Shown here: positions 12,101-24,100 of the stretch, in pieces
Position numbering within the stretch: position 1 is the stretch's first letter
Layout: the number at the start of each line of letters is the position of its first letter
Source: Haliotis rufescens
Lineage: Eukaryota
Reading direction: 5' to 3'
NCBI RefSeq assembly: GCF_023055435.1
Contig: NW_025964001.1
Coordinates: forward strand, 16,616,001 to 16,680,000
DNA length: 64,000 bases
Notes under the pieces: generated by a model
The model's input: only the letters and a program-made list of their open reading frames with translations
What the model was told of the DNA's origin: nothing
Database searches by the model: none
Translations under genes and position numbers: made by a program

Positions 12101-15100
12101 GGGTTGGTTTGTGAAAATGAAATACAACTACAACTATTGAGGGCAAGAGAGTAGATAGAAGAGTGAAGAGAAGGCCTGTGAATTCATTAAATTGATATGA
12201 CACATGCAAATAATCTAACCAAGTTCTATTTTCAGTGCATCTCTACTCACCAGATTTATGACCTTGGGGAACCTCTTGCGTACGGCACTGCAAAATTTCA
12301 CATGTCAATTTTCTCAATATACTGAATATGCTACACAGACAAATATTTTTACTCAATAAGATTAATGAACTACTGAACTTTCGTTAATTGTCTTTACAGT
12401 AACAGAGCCCTAATGTTCATTACACTTCTGTAAGTTATATCTCTCCACTGAATATTCTGAACATAAGAAAAGCTGCTTACCGGTACTTTATTTATCATAC
12501 ATATTGTTACTAGAAAAGTGGGGACTTTCATGTACAGAATTAAATCATGTTTCACTTTTGTGCAAAAATACTTCTTGTTACAAATTGTTTGAATTTTTCC
12601 GGTACACAGATGTCAACTTTTCAACAACGAATTGCAGGAGGACAGTTAATAGTATCTTTGAACATTCCCTGAGCTGTGGTCTGCAGACTGGGATGAATGG
12701 CAGCTGGCAACGAAATACAGAGATGGTGGATTAAAGTAAATAGGATGGATAAGGGAACTGAATTCTCCTGCCCCACAGGGCACATTTGGAGCCAAATTCA
12801 TGGGAGAGGTGCCATTGTTTTAAATTGGCATGAGAAAACTCATTTACTTTAATGCAAATTTGGAACTATACCAAAAAAATTAAAAGTCGTTGATGCATTA
12901 CACCAACATCACAAGTCTTTAATTGTAATTCACTTCTATACAAAACAAAGCTGCTTCCTTTGAAGACAACATAATTAATTTCCAATAATTACATCCAATC
13001 AACAAAATATCAATTCCCAGATGATCGTGACAGACCTAAAGGTCCTAAGTTAAAAAGAAAATTCCATTTTTCTTGTCAAAGAGAAAAGAAAAAATTCAAA
13101 TAATTGCATCCAATCAATACAAATTCAATTTCCAGATGATCATGATCTTAGGTTCCAAACTAAAAAGAGATTCCTTTATTTGTGTTTGTAACTGGTGATA
13201 TCAGTTCTCGTCCAATGCTTCTTGCAAGAACACGTCAATTGAAACATATGAAATGGTTACTATGTTCCATGTTTTTGCCATGACATTGTGTCTGTTGTTT
13301 GTGTTACAATGTTGTCTGCAGGCAAACCAGAGTTCAAACATATCTATTTGTGATATGCATTTACATGCTTCAACACTGTAAACACTCCACAACAGCTCAA
13401 ATCTGATTGTGTAGTGTGGCAAGAATTTGTATACTGCACCAACAATATGAGGATAATGTGATGATATTACAATGTTCACACATATTTAAATCCCAGGTGT
13501 AGCAGCATCTAGACTACTTCCTGTCAGTTATAGCAAGCAGCGTCTCCATCCCGAGCCCCGACCACTCCTGTCTTAGGTTGTCTCCCCTTCTGAGAGATCT
13601 TACCCGTCATCAGAGCTGATCGCATCACTCGGGTCACGCAGCAGCCACTGTTTACTGACTTCATCTATTAGGATAATGCCATATCAATTTCAGGGATTGT
13701 GATCAAACTTCTTCAGTTTGAGCTCACTGAAATTGAGCAACATTATCTACCTCGCAGGCACTGTTGTGATCATTTTGTCGTATTCCTTTTTTGGCTCGGG
13801 TGTGGACAACTTCCTCATGATTATTTTAACTGTGACTTGCAAGTTGATGCAATGTATAAATGACTTGTATATATATTTTTGTTTTCAGACCATATTCCTC
13901 TTGAAATAATACCACAAATACATCACTACAGGACCTCCTTACTCACTACGCAAGGATGTAGGCGTATTCATGGTCGGGGTCATCGCCAGGTTAGTTCTGC
14001 CCAGTCTGCAGACCACAACTTCATGAGGATGCACAAAGTACTATTGCATCCAAGTAGCACATTACGACCAGTGGCACCACAACATCAAACAATAGCAAAG
14101 TAAAAAGGGCACAGAAATTTGGATGGACTCTTTTTCAAATATAGGAATCATAAAAAATCAAACATAGTCCTATTTCAACAACAAATTTTGAAGCTTGGAA
14201 TGACACAGAGAATGTGTTCAACTTTGTTGTTATCCTATAAAGTATGTATTGAAGGTTATTTGTTCAGTGGCTCTGAGAGGATTCATCAAGGCTGTGTAAT
14301 ATCTGGGAAGACAACAGTTCCACAGCAACTCCATCAAATTATTATCTTGTTGACACTTAACAACAGTAAATGATTATTTGTCAGTGAAACAGAGATGCCC
14401 CATATCAAGTTAACAAGCAGAGTTTTACCAGTACTGACCCAACATTAACGTCAACATAATGGTCTTATCGTTGTAAGGAGACTTGAACAGCAGCGGTTAT
14501 TAACAGTAAATGCTTGTTTGTCACTGTACCAGTACTGTTGGTCAATATTAATGGTCACATGATGTTCCTATGATTGTAAGGAGACATGTATTGCAGCTTT
14601 AGGGTAAGGTAGTATAACACATGCCACACTCGTGCTGCCGACACCACCAACTGAGGGAGGCTGAGGGGGCGCCGCTGCCACCAGTTGAGTTGTCTCACTT
14701 GTCACCTGTCCCTCGGCTGGATGGGTGGGGCAAGGAGTCATCCCGATCGATGGTGCAGCATCCCGTCAGACAATGGTGCTACCATACATTACCTAATGTA
14801 CTGATTACGGTCCTTGAAGCGGTCACACAGATCGTTGCCATCTAGCTGAATATGATCCAGTTTCCATCCACTGATCTTGTCCAACTCTTCGATGCTCCGC
14901 AGCTGAAACAGAGGTTTCTGGATGAGACAAGGTCCCCAGCAACCCGACTGGAAGATGTGACTTAATGGATCAGTAGACTTGGTGTGTTTGTTGAACGTCA
15001 CACTCAATAAATATTCCAGCTATGTGACAGCGGTCTGTAAATAATCGAGTCTGGACCAGACAATTCAGTAACTGATATCATGGACATCGATCCACTCAAT

Positions 15101-18100
15101 TGTGTTTGGTTTGTAGTTTAACGCCGCACTCAGCAATATTCCAGCTATGTGACGGCAGTCTGTAAATAATCGAGTCTGGACCAGACAATCCAGTGACTGA
15201 TATCATGAGCATCGATCCACTCAATTGGGATTGATGACATGCATCAACCAAGTCAGCGAGCCTGACCACCCGATCCCTTTAGTCGCCTCTTACCTACTCA
15301 GTTGGGATACGAGATGCATCAACTAAGGCAGCAGCCCTGACCACCCGATCCCGATGGTCGCCTCTTACGACAAGCATGTGCTGCTGAAGACCCATTCTAA
15401 CCTGGTTCTTCACGGGTCCATTACTTGGTTGATCGCCCAACTGCGCGAATCGGCGCTCATAGTATCAATCACTTGATTGATAACCAAAGTGATACAATGT
15501 AGTTTCGAATGAGGTTGTCTTACGTTAAATGAGAGACATAATTTTCAGGGAAGGAGGGAGGGAAGGTGTTAACTTTTCAAGCTCAGTGGCTGATAGTGAC
15601 AACATATCCATTAGTGGGTTTGGTGGGTAGCTGATGCCTCTAGCTTGTGACGTCACTCATCTTTCAACCTGTCAATATCATGATCATGAAACTGCAATAA
15701 TTATACAAGTTCTGTCATGCTCCTTACTTGGTTCTTGCCGAGGTCTAGTGAAGTAATGCCAGATGCAGCAGAGACCATGTCCGACATGTGTGTTAATGAC
15801 AGCAGGCGATTGTTGCTCAAGTTCAGGCTTGTAAGCTGAAACGCAAAGTATTTATTTTGTTCAGAAGTCCTGTTGAGCTAGAAATTAATGATCACATACA
15901 TGGACAACAAGTGACTACTCTTTCAACGCTGCAGCTCAATAAACAGAACCCAGACTGAACCTGAATGCAGATGAGGTCACACTGACCAAACCATGTCACA
16001 CATGAGGTAACCCTGGCTAAACCAGGTAATACATGAGGTAACCCTGGCCAAACCAAGTCATACATGAGGTAACCCTGGCCAAACCAGGTCACAAATGAGG
16101 TAGTTACCCTGGCCAAACCAGGTCATACATGAGGTTACCCTGGCCAAACCAAGTCATACATGAGGTAACCCTGGCCAAACCAGGTCATACATGAGGTAAC
16201 CCTGGCCAAACCAGGTCATACATGAGATAACCCTGGCCAAACCAGGTCACACATTAGGTAACCCTGGCCAAATCAGGTCATACATGAGGTAACCCTGGCC
16301 AAACCAGGTCATACATGAGGTAACCCTGGCCAAACCAGGTCACACATGAGGTAACCCTGAACAAACCAGGTCATACATGAGGTAACCCTGACCAAACCAG
16401 GTCATACATGAGGTAACCCTGGCCAAACCAGGTCACGCATTAGGTAACCCTGGCCAAACCAGGTCATACATGAGGTAACCCTGGCCAAACCAGGTCACAC
16501 ATGAGGTAACCCTGGCCAAACCAGGTCACACATGAGGTAACCCTGCCTGAACCAGGTCACAAATGAGGTAACCCTGACCAAACCAGGTCACACATGAGGT
16601 AACCCTGGCCAAACCAGGTCATACATGAGGTAACCCTGGCCAAACCAGGTCATACATGAGGTAACCCTGGCCAAACCAGGTCACACATGAGGTAACCCTG
16701 GCTAAACCAGGTCACACATGAGGTAACCCTGGCTAAACCAGGTCACACATGAGGTAACCCTGGCTAAACCAGGTCACACATGAGGTAACCCTGGCCAAAC
16801 CAGGTCATACATGAGGTAACCCTGGCCAAACCAGGTCACACATGAGGTAACCCTGGCCAAACCAGGTCACACATGAGGGAAATCTGCCTGAACCAGGTCA
16901 CAAATGAGGTCACCCTAACTAAACAGGTCACACATGATGTCACATTAACTAAACCAGGTCACACATGAGGTCGTAGTGACCAAACAACAATTCATTTTTG
17001 GGCATAAGACAACATCTACATTCCTATTTTCATGTCAGTGTTACATTACCTCCGGTATGTTTTCCTTTATGACTTTGATGACATTGGACATAACATTGCT
17101 TCTGTTCAGAGCCAGGAACATGCCAGCTGCTCTCAGTACTGCAAACACAGAGGTTCAAGTTAACACCAGGGCAAAAACAGTAAACAAACAGATTACTATA
17201 GTAAACAGTACCTTGAATAACAGACATACTGATATTAGCAATGAAAGTGAATGAACTAAACATGCAGTCAGCAACTACAGCCATATCAAGGATGTCCTTC
17301 AAGAAACAAGCTTCTCCCAGACAAACTACTGGCAGATACTGGAGTACAATCAGAGGTAGACACCAATTGTCAAATAAACTAGCCCACAGCTCATGTTTCA
17401 GACAAGTGGCTTATGTAAAATAATTAGCTATTGGGGATAAATAAATTGTCTGTCTAGAGTTTCATTAGTCTTGGACTTTCGGGCTAGTGACATTGCTTGA
17501 CTCCGGCAATCAGTCAGGTCACGGCTGAATGATAGTCATTCCTGGAACGTCTTACTCTCAGTGCAAGCAGGTGAAGTTGACCTCACACAAACTACAATCA
17601 ATGAATGACCGTCCCCTCTTTGAAGGAGTAAGACAGACAGATCTCATGACATGAATCCTTGCATTGCTGTGTTGATTGAAAATGCAGTTCCAATAGCTTA
17701 GTTTTAGTTGACATTGATAGACCATCCGCATTTCGTTTGGCCAGTCCAAGTGTCTGCTCAATATATATTACCCCTATATTAATAGGTACATTTGTGTCAT
17801 GCACACTTGGTTCAAAGAAAGCAGCACCCATGGTAAAACAATAATGATCAATAACTATTTGAAAATTTATTTAGTTAAAGGTTTTGTATCCATTTGAGCA
17901 AAGGTATGTACTGTATGTACTGTAATTCACTCCAAAGTAATATTAAAGGATCAGTTAAGAACTTGACTGAAAAGATATTCTTAAAATCTGTATTTTTTCC
18001 ACCTAGATTTGATTACCATGTTTTTATTAAAAATCCGAAGGAGCTATGGAGAAACCGTAGTAATGAACAGATCTGATGTTGGTCATCTCTTACAAGAGGT

Positions 18101-21100
18101 TCTTGTGAATAAATACTGCATTACTGCAGTACTTGTGAATGGATGCTGCATTACTGCGGGCATTCTCTTTAATGAGATAAGCCATACTGCAGCTGGTTCT
18201 GTATATTGACACATAGGGATCACTGTGCTGCAATGATGAGAATGAAAACCTGACTTAGTGATTGAGGGTCTCAAGTTGAATGCTGCTGGTAACAGTTTTT
18301 CAGTTATATAACTGTGTGATATGGTGCTGAGAAACCAAGGGTCATAATCAGGGAGACACATAATCATCAGCTCCGGACATGAATAAGGGATGTAACTCTA
18401 CACAGTAAATTGTGGCACTTTTGCCTTTATACAAAAACATTGTTTGGTTCCATTACCTTCATCACTGAACATTGAGCTCAAATTGAGAGATCTTGTTGTT
18501 GGATCATATCGGTCACTCATTCGTTCCTGAAAAACAGCACATTCAAATTTAGAAATATTGACTCATGATCTTCAGTGTGATGGTCTCGGCATGCATTTGG
18601 ACAAATTCAAATATTTTGTAGATACAGAACAAGCATATCTTCAGCTGTATTTGCAATAGAAAACATGTTTGTTTCTTTTATTTTTTTATACATATGATTC
18701 ATTTCATCTGGTAATGTAAGCAATTGATTCGGAGGTCATGGTAGCAAATTGATTGATTTTCTATCTTCACCAAAAACAGGCTAAGGAGGTTTCCTGATGT
18801 AACATTCAAACTCTAAATCAGGTTTCACACACCTGAAGTTTCTTGATTGCCGACTCGTCCATGGGAATGATGGGCGGTTTGCTGTACATGACGTGGAGGA
18901 CCATCTACAACAACAATGTATCACCACTTTCACCGAAAGTTCACAACAAAGTGCAGCTTCTCATGATCTAAATATAGTCATATCACACTTGAGGCATGTG
19001 AATATCGGGTTAGAACTGGTCTTCAGCAACCCATGCTTGTCGTAAGTGGCGACTAATGGGACCGGGTTGTCAGACTCACTGACTTGGCTGATGCATGTCA
19101 GTGTATTCCATGGTGTAGATCAATGCTCATGATGTCAATCACTGGACTATCTGGTCCAGACTATTATTTACAGACCCATTTCATATTGCTGGAATATTAC
19201 TGAGCATGGTATTAAACAACAAACAAACAAAACACTGTTTAGATGGAATCTAGGTTCTTTTCCTCGTCAATACTTCATGGGTAAGTATAGACCACGTTCT
19301 TCATCACCTGTGAATTCACTGGATTAATATTTGGTGTCATGGTGACATGTCTATTTTCAGTAGTAAGCAAATGAAATGCTGCTGCTTATAACTCTGTACA
19401 TGAACTCAAAGTGAACCCTACATTGCTGGACACTGAAGCAATGTGGGGAGCAGATACCTCAAGACCATGGTACATAGTTCACATGCATGTCAAGTGACAA
19501 ATTCTGCAGTCTGGTCTGAGTACTTTCCCTCTTGTTCGAACCGGATCGTCATTTGAATTGACAATGAAAAATAGAAACAACATCACAAACCAGACTTAAG
19601 AATTCATGGGCGATGGAGGAATGTAGTGTTTACAATTGGGCTGGGACGGATAACTCGGGTACCCGGGCCGGGTGGGTACTGAGTAGGACCCTGGTACCCA
19701 CAGGACTAACCAGACCCATGTTTAGTCACGTGATATGTTTAATGACAAAAATTATCTAGAATTCTATGGTTAAACTACAAGTCACTAATGTTCGCATTTC
19801 TCTCTGACTAGGCCCCCATTCCTTCTGATTTTTCATATGGTTGAATAAAGATATAACTTAATTCAACTTCAGTGCATGAATGACCAGATTGTTTAATACA
19901 TGTATCTAAATACGCTTTACCAGGGCTATGCTAAAATGTTCCCAATCGGACATTTTGAGACATCTCCTGAGACCTACAGTGAGTACCCGAGTAGGGTCGG
20001 GTAATAGGGAGGTGGGTACCCAGGTAGTAAATTTGGACTCGTCCCAGCCCTAGTATACAAACCTGTGAAGTATTGACACTGACATATATTCCACAACAAA
20101 ATCCTACCTAAATAAGTAGAAAAGGCTTTTCACCACAATCAGTGTCTGAGAACCAAGTGATTTTATTTCTTCAACCAAACATTAGAACATGGGAATCTAT
20201 TATCTTCTGAACTATGTTTTGCTATATGTACTGCCTACCTTATAGCCATTTGGCATTGTCATCCTGTTGGAGAGTCTCTTGATGGCACTGCCTACATCCG
20301 GGTCTTTCACATAGAACACTGCATTCTTCCCTTCATGGTGAAACTATAACAAAGGAGCTGCCTTAGTAGAGTGAGTGAGTTGGGCTTAACAACACCTTAA
20401 ACAGGTATATTACCTGAAGTAGGAACTACTTTCAAATTTCTAGTTGACCTTTACAGGTCACTTGATTATTTCTATAAATAGATCACTCTGCGATTTCCTA
20501 TCAGAATGCCGATAATTTTTAGGAAATTGCTGAAACTGCAAATTGATTGTTAAACATGGACGAAAATGTTCACAAGTAAAGACAATTAACTCTTCGTTAC
20601 GGTATTAGATTTGCACTGAATTTCAAGTGAAGTGATGAAGACCTTTCACTTATGTTGTCTAAGAAAGGTTTCATGCATTCTTGTGCATGAGATGACATGT
20701 GTTAAATGTTAAAAGTTACTCCATAGATTAACAAGATCTCGCGAGGAAAAAGACTTCATTCAAGATGGCGGCGGTCAACAAGTGATGTCACCAGGATAAC
20801 ATATAACTGGTAAGTGATGTTCTATGTGACAGTATATGTTACATAAGCATGATAAGGGAGGTAGGTTGCTGGGGGATGACAGTTAGTCATTAGTCTGGTT
20901 GAAAGTGTTGCAGTTTGAGAACGTATATGTCTTGTCATCTGGGCCATATTCGGATCTAACACATGCATTGATGTAACAAAACCAGAACTTGTGCCATGAA
21001 CATAATATAGGGTAAAGAATGGCAAAAGATTGGATAAAATAGCAATTTTAGATGGCTCTTCGTGTTTTTAATGGCAAAAACGAATGATATATTTGTGATA

Positions 21101-24100
21101 ACACTTTCTTAGTAAATTACAGATTCTCTTACTTTTGGGGGTTGAGTCCCATCCGGGATTAGAACCCACACATGGCTTTTCATGTTTCATGCATTTCATG
21201 TATTCATCTACGTACAAGTCAAAAATTGTAAACAAATGTGAAGCATTTTTAGTCAGTTTGACATGGGAAGTTCCTCAAAGTGAAGTAGGTCTTAGAGAAG
21301 TATCACACAGACACCACTTAAACACACATGTACAGCTAACAAGGTTAATGAAAATGACAAGTATTTTACATAAGGATGGAGATTGTCATAATGGATAAAT
21401 CCAAAGAAGAATGCCAAAATTAATTTGCTGACAACATTACTGAGAAAGATAATGAACATGTGTATACTCACATAAACTGGCTCAAAGGGTGCAGTCAGTT
21501 GACCATTGATTGTTTTCAATAGAAAATCTTTCTCACATTTTTTACCATGTGGAACCTGTAAGACAAACAGATTACATATTACGTTTTCCCCTGTCCCAAA
21601 GAAGGCATGATAGAAAAATGAGTTCTGTTAACTCTTGTGTAAACACAGTGGTCTAGGAAGATTCTGTTGGACAGCATCCTGGTTCACCAGGGGTCAGTAA
21701 CTTGTCCCTACTCTGAAGCCTGAGATAAGTAAAACTTCTGTTCAGTCCAGAAAGCTCAGCTAATAATAGTCCATATAATATCATTCTTTTAAAGTAGACA
21801 AATCTGTTTTGATGTTAACAGGCTTGTAAACTATTTTTAGGGAGAAAAGTGTGCTCACTTGTTCTTGTGAATAAAATATATACATGTTCAACACTGGAAT
21901 AATTTCCGCTTAACATTGCTAATGGTTAAAACTCTTACGTTAGTTTTGGAAATATTTTTTTCTAAAGTCCAAATTATTGTTTTGTATCAAACTATTTTTT
22001 TCCATAGTTCTAAAAGTGTTTTCTGTAACTTACTGTGACTTTGGTCCATCTCGCCTCATCTGATAAAGGCAGTCCTAACCTCTGTAGGGTATTATTATCC
22101 CCTGAAAAATGACAGCAATGACAGCAACAGGCAACAAGACAGACATCATAGTATGTTAGTTTGGCAGTTTGGACAGGTCTCCAGGTTGATCTTCAGAAGC
22201 CATTTATAATAACATCAATATATGTTACTTATGTCTTTCATGTGGGGATTTTACACTTATTTTGATATGAGAAAAAGATAAAATATGAGAAGCCTGTTTG
22301 AAATGATTTACATGAATTCCAACACTCAATTATGGGCATTGACCCATTTAAAGTTGTTTAAATTGAACAAAATCTTCAGCTGCCAAATTCAAGTAATTTT
22401 TTTCTAAAACCAGTGGTGTATTCTTGTGGTGTATTGGTCAGCAAATCATTTGTCACACATCAAAATAGTTCAGTATTCTTAGCCTAAGCTTTACACATCA
22501 TAAGACAAAAGAAATTGTGCAAAATTTTAAAAGCTGCAGCCAGCAATATTCAAGCTACATCATGCCAGCTTGTAAACAATCAAATTGGGGCAAGGCACAT
22601 TAGCATTGCATAAGCAATGATACAAGCCACTGGTTATGATATACTGGGTGAGGTGAAATGGACTTTAATGTTGCGTTTAAGACTGTTGCACTTACATAGC
22701 GGCGTGCATGCACGTGTGTGTGTGTGGCTGCTTGCACTAGTCCGGACTAATGCCGATTTTATAGTGCTAGCCCATGAGATACCATGTTGCAGTTTTAACA
22801 TGAACATCCCCGACTCAGACACAGTATACAGACTCCAAGCCGACCAGTCCTTGTTTTAGTCCCTTGATGCTGAGTGCCAGACAGCGTAAAGAAAAATCGA
22901 ACTGCTGACCTTCGACTCTCCGGGCAGACACTCTACCACAAGACCAAGGAGGCAGTCGGGTTATAATATACACCATCAGCAAAGGACCCCTTTTCACCAA
23001 AAGGTCATTGAGAATAAAGGCTGTGGTCACCGTAGCCACTAGATCCTAATTTAAGTTCAACTAGTCTATAAAGCTCTTGGTCTACTCACTGTCTCTTGTC
23101 CTGCTGTACCTTCCTCTGCTGGAGCTTCCCCTGCCTCCTCTGCTATAGGGAGTGCTACAATGTAATCATCACCATCATCAGAAGAAATATCAACAGTAAC
23201 ATGTCAAGCTCTCAACTGGTCAAATCCACGACTATATAGCAACGTGCATGCTTGTGTGCGTGTGTGATACCGTGCTGCAGTTTAACATGAATACCCACAT
23301 CAGACACAGAATACTGACTCCAAGCCAACCAGACCTTGTTTTTGCCCCGTAATAACGAGTGCCAGACAGGGTAACAACAAGTACCATTTTACTGTCTGTG
23401 GTGTGACGCAGCCGGGGATCGATCGTGGCTTTTGCTCTCCCGGTGGACACGCTAACACTAGATCACAGAGATGGTCCCCGAGTCTAAGGAGTGAGTAAGT
23501 ATGATTTGGGTAATATTCCATCAATATCACAATAGGGAACACCAGAAATGTGCTCCACACATTGTACATATGTGGCAGTTCTAGGTTCTAGCTTTTAAGA
23601 TACTGCCATTGTCTCTACTTACAATCGGGGTTTACTTCCACCAGAATCCATGTTGATGTCACCATCATCATCTTCAAACCTGGAACGTGGGTTTGGGCGA
23701 CCTCCTGTCGTCCCCCTACCACGACTATACCCACCATAGCCTCGACCTGTGGAGGTAGATATTGCATTTTAAATCATAATCTTGAATATGATTAAGTAAT
23801 GATGCAATCATCTCATTACTACTTCAAATTTATAAGGCTGACTGAATGCATGATTAATGCCATCTGGGCTTGCGATGCAAACAGCCAAGTCACAGAACCT
23901 GACTAACCTATCTACTTTAGTCACTTGTTATGACAAGCATAGGTTACTGGGGACAGTTCTACCCCGGAATCCCTACAGGGATAAGGACCCTGGGGCATCC
24001 TCGATTTCACCATATTCTTCAAACCTTTTCTCACAAAAAGTGAGTTAGTACTCCACATTTAGCATTGTTCCAGCAATACTATGGTGGAGGCACTGAAATG

